This document shows positions 1 through 12,300 of a DNA stretch of 64,000 nt, piece by piece. The stretch spans positions 1 to 64,000 of the forward strand of contig JAAILG010000991.1 of assembly GCA_012026655.1 (NCBI GenBank), given 5' to 3'. The position numbers and the translations under genes are program-made. This stretch comes from Hydrolagus affinis (Eukaryota). The notes beneath the pieces are model-generated. The model searched no databases. It had not been told where the DNA came from and was given only the letters and a program-made list of their open reading frames with translations. Position 1 is the first letter of the stretch, and the number at the start of each line of letters is the position of its first letter.

Positions 1-183
1 AAATTGTATCACAAGATAAAAACTCAGCATTGTATAATTGAAGATTTTAGATAAATACCAGTTGGGTTTCACAATACAAACAGCTATTTGATAACTAGTG
101 CTGTCAACTTCAACAAACACTGCATTTGATGTCAAATCACAAAGTGAAATTAAAATGATAGCAATTTCTGTGGCTAAACTTAC

Positions 184-322
184 CTCCTCAGAGGCGTGAT
201 GCTGGTGGGCTAACATTGCCTTGCCCAGATCGATGCAAGAGGTGAAACTTTTATTCCTGGCATCAATCTCTGCCCTGATTCCCTGATGGTACTTCATCAA
301 TAACTCCACAGAAGAGACATCT
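184..322 (-). CDS. SPTB: Exon 28 ([20 protein letters not shown]..)
   Basis: gacag|A ... GAG|gtaagt; 139 nt. Confidence 0.95.
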
Positions 323-3300
323 CTGTCATTAAATAACAGCAATTGATTCATTTTAGTACAAAGAATTTGCATTTCGTGTCAAATCTATGGACATGCACAC
401 ACTCATTCTCTCTACACACATACGTATTCTCGTTCTTATGGTTCAGAACAGAAGCTACAGCCTCTGGCTATTGTTCTTGCCATTTCCTGAAATGTTAGCA
501 GTACGGTTTTAAGCTTCAAGGCGATCCAATGCGGTATTCTAACATACCGTGGTTTCTCTTCCGTTTCAATCTGCCTCATGATGTTCTCCATCCAGGACAT
601 CAAGTCTCGGACCATGCTGAAGAAGCGGAATTTGTCCGCGGTGTCAATCAGCTGTGTGCGTCGACCGTCACAGGCATCGAGAAGAGCTTTCCAGGCCTCA
701 ACCACCCCCTGCTCTTGTTTCTGGATTGCTGTGGCTTTGTCTCCCGCGTACGCTGTCTGCAAACGACCTGCGTCATCCTGAAACTGTTGTACCTGCAACC
801 AAAAAATCCAATTACTCATTCGTGCTAAATAAATGGGAGGATGTAGTGCTGTTCAACACACTATTCTCTCTCAGGTGTACTGGGTGTCACTATCCACTTT
901 CAGTCTGTGCACATACTTTAAGGTCATTCCACTTTGAAGCCAATTTCAGATTTATTACCGGTCATAAAACTACGACCAGATAAAATTACTGCAGTGAGCA
1001 ATGTACTGTTGACCGGCTCCATTTAGGAAGAATGGACGCTTAGCCCATGGTAGCTTTAAAGGCAACTATACAAGAGGGGAAAATATTGGCCAACCAATAA
1101 AAAAAACTAAACGAATGACTGCATTTACTGAGATTGAATAATCTGAAAGTCTAGTGGGGAAGTTACGAGTCCACAATGACAGTTTTGAAGAGGATACAAC
1201 CAAGATGCTTGTTTTCTAAATCAACAAGAGAAAATAGTAAAATAAATTAATCGATGCCATCTGTGATTTCACGATGTATAAAACTTTCGGGCGGAACAAA
1301 AAACAATCAGAATTTCAACCAAAGTTTGTGCATCAGTCACCGGTTCCTGCAGGGTTTGTGGAAGTTTCGATAACACATGCACCAGTGGGAGTAATTGTGA
1401 CATAAAGTGTTCAGTCGCTCACGTACCTGGATTCCGAGGGCGTGTATATCCCTTTCGAATGTGTTGTGCATTCTGTGAAAAGACTCTGCTGTGTTTGAGT
1501 CACGGCCCAGGTCCTCTGGCAACTCCTTGTGCTTGTCCTGTATTAAGCTCAGGAGCTCTTTGCCGTCGTAGAAGAATTTGTGGAGTTCGTAGGAGGCAGC
1601 CAGCAGCTGTGTGCGGGTGTCTATCAGTTCCAACAGATCGGCCCAGGCCTCGTTCAAAGTGTCTTTCCAGTCGGCAATGTCAGCTGCTTCCGAATGACCG
1701 GAATCAATGAGATCATCTATCAGCATGTTCACACTGTCCATTCTCTCTTGACCAATTGTCCCCGTCTCCCGAGCGAACTCACGGAATTTTTCTCTCAGCA
1801 ACTGAAAGAGAATACCGAAACATACTCAAACATGGCTGTTATACATTTTCCACACATAGATTAAAAAACAAACGAGGGAACAAAGAAAGTCATTTATCAC
1901 CTCTGGAATATGTTGCCTGAGACGAATTTCAGTAAAAATTGGGATTGAAGAGCACATTAGTACCTTTCTTGGCAGAAAGGAGTAATCAAATTGAAATTAG
2001 GAGTTGGGGTTGAGACTTATCAAAATGCCCTGGTCTTATTCATTTTAATGTCATTTTTATGTTCTTGAAAATTCCATGCTCGCAAACAAACAACTACATT
2101 TCAGCTTCGCTTTGAATAAAAAATATTGTAAAGAACGATCTGGCAAACGGTTTTCCTTTCTCCTTGCACATCTCTCTCCTCCATCACCAGCGAGGCCAAC
2201 TTGTATCTCATAATTTCATCAACTGCAATCAACAAATTGTGTTCAAATCTGAGCAATGGCAGAACTTAAACAAACATGATATCCAAGTTTGGAATGGAAC
2301 TCCAGCAGATTTGGATGGAACTGAACCCTCTCACCCCATTCCAAGGGGACTCCTGTGAGAACAGGGCAGATGGACTGTGTTAAGAGAATGGTGGCCACTG
2401 CCTCTACTAAAAATTGAACATTTTTGATGCAAAAAAAAGTCTGAGTAAGGAGTAGTTTCCGAACATTCATTCAAAGTAAGAAGTGGCCCCTTACACATGT
2501 GATCTCTGCAATAATAAGGATTAATGTTTCTTTTGATTGAAGAGGATGTATTTGTCTTTACCCGAACACGCTGACACTTGTTGACAGGTATACCTAAATA
2601 TAGTAGAAGCCCGTTTATCCGACACCCTCGGGACCTGGCCTGTACCGGTTAAAGCGTCTGCCGGATATTCGGCAGAAAACCCAACACAAAAAAATATATA
2701 TATTTTTTTAAAAATTAAATTTTTTAAAACTTAGCATATTAATAATAGACTAAATAATCATTTATATAATATTATATACAAATAATAATTATGATCATTT
2801 TACACACAGCGACCAGGCAGTTCAGAGAGCTCTTTAAACTAATGCAAAAGTTACACGTCAGAATGACACTGATCTCATCGGGGGCAGAAGAGAGGAAATC
2901 TTGAGTTATTGAGAAAGCAGAGAGTGAGTGGCGGCTGCTCAGTTCAGTTAACTTTCTTTCCAAAAAGCCTTGCGATGCCTGTGCGCGTGTGTGTGCATTA
3001 AGTTGAAACACTGCACTCTGTAAAATGAGCATTGTAGGGATGAGTCTTTTTTATTAAAATAAAAGACAATGAATTGATCTGCAAGTTTTGCTCAGGGTGT
3101 GGATGTGTGTTTTGCTGTTTTGTGGCTAAATTAAATCTAAGTTAATCAACTCACCCCACTCTGCCTCTCAAAGAGTACACTCCGGAGAGTACATTGCTTT
3201 ACAGTACTGGCAGCATTCTGAGCTAGAGCCACCATCAGGCACCTAGTAGCAGCATTCCAAAATACTGACGCAACACAAAACACCCAAAACATACATTTTT

Positions 3301-6300
3301 CTGGATAAATTCCGGTTTATCGAATGTGGACCTTTTTTTTGCGGTGCTGGTTATACGGAAGTTATGGTTAATCGGGTCACGGATAAACAGCCTTCTACTG
3401 TAGTACCAATGAACACTCACAATAACTTGATCGAAGTCTTGCCCTAATTCCTGTGAAGATGCTGCTAAATCCTTCTCTGCAATCCACTGCTCCAGATCCA
3501 TCACCTCGCGGTTCAGCTGGAAGAGATGGTACATATCCAGCAGTTTTCGCTTACGCTCATCTGCTAGATCCCGGAGTCCTGCATATAGTTTGTCCACCTG
3601 CCCTTGACGTCGAATGATCTGCTCACTGTAAGTTAATCAGATAGTCAGTAAGTCGAGGACAGAGATCAATAATAATACTTAAACTTGATATAGCACCTTA
3701 TCATGTCTTCGAGTCGTCTTAAAGAGCTTCACAGAATATTCTGTAAAGGGGAAAACTAAATGTATATTTTGCGGATGAAACACAGCAGCCAAATGAACAC
3801 AGCAGCATCCCACAAAGTGTTGTGGATTGGGTGACCAATTTTATAATTATTATTTTATTACCCCCAGAAAGTGATCCGCCAATTGACTAACAACCAGGTT
3901 CCCAATTACTGTTAGGTAAACAATGGTGTGTGTATATGTGAGGAGCAAGGAAACCTGCCCAATCATTGAATCATGCACTTCACTCTTCCATATAGCAAAC
4001 GGGTTACAGATAATTAATAAGAATGTTTCTTATATAAAAGTGAGTGCCACCTCTGGAATAAAAATGCGACTATCATGAAATTAAGCAGGAATTGTGCAGA
4101 TGCTATTGTTTGAAAAATAAAATAAGACAATCATTGTTTTCCTTCAAAATGAAATCAAACTCTAGCAATGGGTTGGTACTTCATCTCAAAAGGCTGCATC
4201 TCCCCCAAGGGAAGAGTCAGTAATGACTGCAATGTTATCCTCTTAGCTCTTTCCTGCAATAACTTATTCCTTTGGAGTGAGAATGTTTCTAACATTAATA
4301 AGAGACTGGTTGCTCTCTCCAGTTTGCTCTTTGGTCTAATAATTGGCTCTGATGAATGTTGTTGACTGTATGTTTGTAGTGGTGGTGCTTCCTGCAGCCA
4401 CGGGCCGTTATTTTTCTGCTACTCACCCCTCAGGATGCTCTTCAGCAAAAAGCCTCTGAGCCCTGTCTGCGAGCAATTGGATAGTCTGCCCATAATCTGT
4501 CACAGCCTGCTGCAAGGTCAAGTGCTTTTTCAGCATTGAAGTGGCACCAGCTTCATCCTGCAAAAGCCAGATTAAAGTTACGAACACATACATACCTGCA
4601 AAGCAAAGTCACAATGCAACACATTTGTCCAAGCTCTATCCCACCTTCCTAACTTGAGAGTTTTGCTGCACGATTCAGACCAAAAACACATCTTATAGCT
4701 GAGTCAAATAACATATACTGTATTATGAGTACGTCTGGAATACAGAGCAAATGTAAACACACATACATGCACACTCAGAACAGATTCCTCTTAGCAACGG
4801 GATATTTTTGTGGAAAGGAAATACTATCCAGTTTTCTCCAATTGAATTTTTCCAGTTGATCACCAAATAACAGGTAAAAAAACGCTAGTGCAAAAACCAA
4901 CAGCACAGATAATCACACTTGCTACCTTTTGAAGGATAGATAGAAGGATAAATTATGAGGAAAAAAGTAGGGAGAACATTTTGTTTTAAATCTTCTTATA
5001 TTAATTCAGCGCCTTGGCTCATCCTCCCGACATGAAAGGCGCTCTATAAATATAATTTTGTTGTTGTTGAATTAAAACTACTGTATCACAGAGCATCTCA
5101 TTACCCATGAGCCTTAAACCACCACAGCTCCTGCCGTTGGCAAATAAATTTGCATCAGTATTTACCTCTACTTTGATGTCCTACCAGTTGTTTACTGAGA
5201 ATATTCATCATGTTTTCCAAATGACAATCAAGCTAATATCAAAGGAAACTTGCCATCAGAGCCAAGAGTGAGAAGCAAAACATTCAACATTGAGAGAGCA
5301 CGTCGCAAATGACAGCCTATCCTACCAAAGATGCATATGCAATTGTAACTGGAAAATTTTGAGAAACAGACATTTAGTGCCAAAATCAAGAAGAATCTAA
5401 TTTCAACTGATACTAATAAAATGGATAATAGGAGAAATAATAATATTGGAAGCTAAATGACAATAAAAACAGAAAAGCAACTGAAAAAAGGCATTTAACC
5501 ACATCGAACCTGATCCCATAAGTAATTGAAACATCAGGAGTTATTAGTAATGATGTACCTTTGCTTTTTCATCAACAATCATGTACAGTTCCTGCTCACT
5601 CATCCAAGATTCAGCCTCAGCCGCATCCAAATAATACTGCGCGGCTTCATTTGCACCAGCCAGTCGATTCTGCCTTTTTTCAGTCTCTTCCTTTAACTTG
5701 TCCCACAATCCATTCAACTCTCCCAATTGCTCCTTAATATCATCCAGGTCAGGGCTTTGTTCAATCATAATATTTCCTCTTTCCAACACGTCATCAATGC
5801 GCGGCTGATGGCCTTGGATCTCCCTTTGTAGAGTCTATGGAACCAAAGAAAAGCTTGTATCATTGACAAGAGTTTATCAAACAAATCATCTTTAGAGCTA
5901 AGTGTAAGTAACCCTTGCACTGGTAAGCATACATTACCATTATCTTTCCATAGGGAACAAAAGTCATACACAGTAATTTAAAGCTGGAAGATTTTGCATT
6001 TTTTTTAAACAAGTGCCCAGTAGTACGAATGGTGACTGCTGTATTGAGAACTACAGCAATAAACTATTGACCAGAGGGATTGAGGAATGGTAGATCTTTA
6101 CTAAGTGTTCACTGGTATTACATACTTTGTTCTTTTTCGTAAGGAGCTGCACTGTCTGAAGGTTGTGGCCATGGTCAGTCGAGGTTGCAATGGGCATTCG
6201 TTCCTGTACCCAGAGCTGTAAGAAAACACACCGAAGTTCAAATTCCCACAAAGCAAAACATCTGCATACTCTGTGTAAATGACTATTTACAGAAATGTAT

Positions 6301-9300
6301 TATTATTATTATAAAATACAATTTCTTACATTTTCATCTTCCAGGTCGCGATACAACTGAAAAATAGCCTTGGACGCAATGAGCTTCTGTCGTCGATCCT
6401 TCAGAGGCTGTGCAAATTGGTTGGCTATATTTTCCTCTTTCACATCCATGTCCACCTGTGATTTTAGTGATGGGAACCCGTACACCAATTGAAGCTCTTC
6501 CACCTCCTTCTGTTTGGTTTCCACCTGCGGTTCCATCATCTATCCAAGTGAAATCAATAGTTTTAGCATCTGTCCCCAATTCTTCATTAAAAAACATAAG
6601 AACATAAGAATTAGATGAAAGAAGACCAAGGTCTATCCAGCTCTCCTTCCACCATCCTGGCATGTTGCCAAACTACATCCTGTATCTCACAATATTATTT
6701 CCTAAACAAAATCTATTTAATTTGCTTTAAAGACATTTCATCTGAGATGTGATTCTACTTCACTAGAGTTACTTTGGAGTGCCACCACATCTGACCACAG
6801 CTGATCAACAGATTTGTAACATTTGTCCTTACTGCGATAGTGATTTCATGTCCCTATTTTGATTTGAAAGTCTTTAGATTTCGGGGCAATTGCACAAGAT
6901 CCTATAGGTCCGAGGGCCATCTGGTTGCAAAGAGCCAGGAATTCAAACCCGAGGCTATGATGGAATGCTTCCATTACTCCAATATAAGGCATTTACTCTA
7001 CACTATTGGACAAGTGTAGAAAATTGGATTCTAATTATAAGCATCTAAACTAAGCTTAGCTGCATTCAAATTATATTCGGATAATAAACAGTATGGTTCG
7101 ACTACTTTCGATAAAAGTTGTGTTTTTTCTAAAACTATTAGGGTAATCAGACGAGAAGGGATTAGAGAGGTGGCCTACACAACTCATCGAGCAAAACATT
7201 TAATATGAAGCATTTTCCCTCAGCAACTAGCATCGTGTTATGCCTTCCCGTTACCTCCAAATTTTTCAGTAGGATGTTGACACCCGTCAAGTCCTTTCCA
7301 ATATCTTCTGATGTTAGCTGTGTCTTCAGCTCAACTATCCATTTGTTTAGGTCAACACGGCTCTGTGCATACAGCTCTGACCGGTTTGCATCGAACAGGC
7401 GCTGTGCTTTGGCTTTGGTGGTGGATTCCAGCTCTTCCCACAGTTGATGCAGTTCATCCAGTTTCTCGGAGATGACTGGTTTAAACTCCGGCTTCTCCTG
7501 CATCAGCTGCTGCCCTTCCTGCCATCAGAGAAAAACCATCAGACAACAGAAGCACTTTCAAAGCAGCAATCAACTGCAGTATTAATTATACAATTGATTT
7601 TCAGGATTCCACTTTTATTAACTTAATGCTGATCCACAGAAGGTGAAGCCATTATCACTGATTGGCAACAATGGAAGTTTTACACTACCAAGCTTTCAGA
7701 AATATTGTGTGCATTTTTTTTTTTTTACGAATAAAGTACAAAGTTAAAACGCATTTGGCAAGATTGTACAGTATTTGCATTCTATGTTGATTCCTGTGAC
7801 AGCGTGCACCACAACACTACACCATAAAGGAAATATTACTTGTCTAAGATTAATTGCTTAGACTTAAACCTTTAACTGGCAATTCATAATCATTGCTGAG
7901 GACAGTACTATACAGTATTATATAACCATATACTCACTTAAACTATAATTATATCAAAGAGTGTTAATCTCAAAATAGAATATACCCATTACATCAATTT
8001 TCATATTGATACTTGCATATGTCAATAGATATAACAACATTGATTAATAAGATATTTCCAATTAAATAACTCTTTTGGAACCCAACACAGTTTTAAAGTT
8101 CAGATTTAAGATTCTAATCTAATCCCTCAACCATGTAATTGACTTTCCTCTCCTACTTGTGTGTCAAATTCAAACACAGATGTCGAAGTTTTCCACTGTA
8201 TTGCTATTCAATTTACTATAAAGATTATCAATCTTTAATGTTTGGGGGTTGAACAAACACATGCAAAATAATGTTTAAAAAGTCATGCTGATCAAATCAT
8301 TGACTTAGGTGTTGTGTACATTGCTCCCATAATATTTTGGATCCTGGAAAACGTATTTCCAAAAAAATAAACTGACAACAACATTACATTTATATGTAAT
8401 TTTTCCCTGAATAATACAAATCATTCAGTCATGATATCAATTGTGTCACAGTTTTATCATAGCGATAGAACAATGAATGAAATCTTGAGTGGGAAGATTT
8501 TGGGGGGAAATGGGGAGAAAAAGACTGCAATGTTAAAAGCTGGACTCAGAACTTGAGTCTAATTCCTAAGCACAGTTTCACCTTATCAATTTTGTTCAGC
8601 CATTCCTTGTTTGATGCCAGCTCAGCCATAAATGCTTGGTGTTTTTGCCACTTGGTGTGAAGGTTGCGAGCCTCATCATAAGATGTGTCTTGGGCTGTCA
8701 GCATCTTCTCATTGATCCAGAAAGTAAGCTGCAACCAAAAATCACTGAGCAATGACCACAGTGCCACTCTGGAACTCAAAAGATCTTGAAAATGTGCCAC
8801 AAAAAGAACAATTTTATATTGCAACAATTATAATAAAAAGCGACAATTGCAGGTAGAGCATTAACATAATGTATCTCAGTTGCATAAATTGTCAGTATTC
8901 ATAGCTGGGTTAAATTCACAAAGTGTCACAAACCTCTTGGCAATTCTGCAAGAAATGCTGAAGGTCGTGGTTGTCTTTTAGATGCGAGGCCATCTCCTTT
9001 GCCTTCATTTTATTCTCTTTGTATCTAGAATAGTAGTGCATTTACAATTAGTACAGGTAAAAGAAGAGGGAATTGGCTTTTTGATGCACACATTCTCCCC
9101 CAGCCTGTCAGAGACAATAATGCAGCTCACCTTTCATCAATAGATTTGATCTTATCGCTCACTTTATCAGCAAAACTATTTTCGTCACTGATGAGTTTCT
9201 CTCCTTCCTCAATTGTCCCAATGATTTTGTCTTCATTGGCATCCATTGTTGCCATGAAGTCCTCATGCTTTTTAATGGCACCTGCAGCTGATTGCAGCGT

Positions 9301-12300
9301 GCTTGGCATTTCCACATGTACTAACGTATATTCCTAAAGGAAATCACAAGACAGTTTACCCAAACCATTTTCCACCCTTCAATTTGTGGATATAGACATT
9401 GCGTTTGTATATTGTGTTTAAAGTAACTTGATCAATATTGTTTGCGGTTCTCAGAGCACAACTTAAAAGCTGTAATATGTAGAAAATGGACTTTTGAAGT
9501 TTGAGGAGATGTGAATTTGGGGTTAGGTTACTCTGGTTTACCCCTGGTGGTCCAAGTTTTGAGTCTCAGTGGTTAGATATCTTAAGAGTATGGGATATTA
9601 TACCTTGTTAAAGTTACATTGATATAAGGATTGTGGGCATGCTTATGTCGAATACTCTGAATGCAGGAATATATATATGGAAGCCTATGGGATTGAATAT
9701 ATGAAGAGTATTTCACTAATCGCTAAGTTGGTTATTGTTACTTCAATTTACATAATGATGCTAAACCCAATGAATTTCTGACACATAGTAAATCCAGTTA
9801 CATGTAAACTCTAGCAGTTCTGATCCACAGAAATGGGTTTACAGAAACAGGTTTGCCCTAATCCATTCTCGTCTGTACTTAAAAGCACTTACAGTGAGAC
9901 TATTTCAGTGAGACTATGTCAGTCACCCTTTTCAAATCAGTCGCCAACATAACAGAAGACTAGCACTGATGCCCACCCCATCACAGTGTTCTGTACTTTG
10001 TTAAAGTGGATCAAAGTTTGTCTACCCACAACCTCCTTTTGAGCATACAGAATTATAACCCGCACTTACTTTTGTTGTTACTTTTGTACAAATAGCAAGA
10101 TATCAGAACCATAGAGTACCTGGTTGTTGAGGATGCGGTCTGATTGCTTGCTATCTCTGAGAAACTGCTGGTAGCCATGTGACTGAGCAAGGTGTTCGTT
10201 CCTGTTCTCCCACATCTGATGGAGCTCATTCCAACCAGTGTCCAGCTCTTTCAGGCTCTGCTCCAGTATTTGAAACTGTGGGTCAGTTTCTTCCTGTGTT
10301 ATCATCTTGCCGGTGTCTCGGACCTTTTGATAATCTTCCTCATAGTGGTTGATTTCATTTTTGATGGCACTGTGCTGCCGGAGGAGGGCTTCAGCCTCCG
10401 GCAGTGAGTTTGGCATATCTTCGGAAGCTATGGCTTTTTGTGATTTTGATAACCACGTTTGAAAGTCATCTAATTCTTGCAGGAACTTCTGTAACTTGCT
10501 GGCTTCTCCGAGAGACTCCTCCCGGCCCTGCAGAGTTTGTCTCAGTTCTTCCCAGACATCATTGATTTCCTTAAGCCGCTGCAGGATATCTACAGCATGC
10601 TCGGGGTGCTCAGAAGCCAGTTTGTGGGCCTCTGTTTGCAGCTCTGGAAGCCTTGATTCAATGGCTGCAAGATCTCTCTCGATTCCACAAAGTTTCCTTT
10701 GAATGGCCATGACACCGGTTAAGTCATTTCCTAATTCTTGGGTCGATTCAATGAGTTTGGTTTTCTCACAGATCCAGACTTTGGTCTCATCACACTCGAG
10801 GCGGTAATTCTGAAGACTTAATGCAGAGTCCACACTCTTCTTTTTCTGCTCAACTAGCTTCTGGATAAGCGTCCACCTGCAAGGAGCATTTGAGAATGTT
10901 ATTCATGGGAAGGCCATGTGAAAATTCTTTCAATGGACAAATTGTATCAAGAAAATAGCAGCAGAAATCTCAACCAGTAAAAAACAACTGTTTTGAAATT
11001 AAAACATTTAAACCTATGCTGGTTAACTTTTAAAAAAAAATTGATAAATATTTTCGCATGCCCACATTGGGATTCATGGTAAATAATTTAATGATTTTAT
11101 ATTATTTCATCTCATATTTTCTGATCATGAGAAAATATATAACCAGAAATATCCAGGCCTCTTTGGGTTGGAGTAATTATTAGAGTTTCCAAAATGCTGC
11201 ACCATGGAAGTACAGAAGAATAAATTCCACTCATTATGCTTTACTTGATAATGTTCCTGATGGTGACTATATCATTGTATAAGTTATATTAACACACAGT
11301 TTCAGCTGTGAATAACCCCATTAATTTTTCATTCCATTTTAAAAATATACCTGGGTACACTCAGCCCATTAACAGCATATAAATAATGCAACGTTTTCAC
11401 TACTTAAAGCATTAAAGTTTACATGAACAATAAATCTATACAAGAGAGGCCATGCCAATTTATTATTTATAACTGTGCCTGTGCACCATTTCTGCTGGTT
11501 CTGCAATGTTTAATGGGAAATACGATTAAAGACCTGTATTATGGTGTGTAGTGGTGTGTTGCATGTCCACAACATCATTTGTCAGATACAACAACAACAA
11601 CTTTGATTTATATAGCGCCCTCCATGCCAGATGGCGTCTCAGAGAGCTTGATACCTTAACTCTAGGTAAAATAAGCATTGTTTGAGGTTCTCATTAAAAC
11701 AGAGGACATTTGAAACAGCATTTAAGGAACTTAACATTGGCTAAAAAGCCAATCTGCAGTATTTGTCCAAAGCTTAAACTGTTTTTAACTTAAGCCTGAT
11801 GTATTTTTGTAACATATTTGATTGATTAGTTACTGTGAAGAATTATATCTATCGAGGGACCTCACTGTTCCTCCAGCACCTGTTTTGCAATATTCCTGCA
11901 TACAGTTAAATTGGTACTGTAGACATCAGAATATAAATAGCCTATGGTTGCTATGCTACAGGGAGAAATCTCCTTGGCAAAAGATAGCGTAGGCAGCCAA
12001 TGCTGAAAACAAATTTTCACCGCTCATCATAATTGTTGCCAACCAGGTCTTGGGAGGCTGTCCTTTCCCGTACACACTTAGGTTTGCATTCAGCAATTAA
12101 AATCTTCCTTGCTCATTGTAAAGTGAAATGAGTTGAAATGGTAACCTTAATCTTTCACCTAAATGAATAAGAAACAAAATATGCAGCAAATGACAAATCA
12201 CTGAGTTGGTTTACCTATGGTTCAGACGGTCTTGAGATTCTTTAACTTCCTGGGTACTTGGGTGACCAGTCTCCACCAGATGCGTGGCTGCATTATTTAC

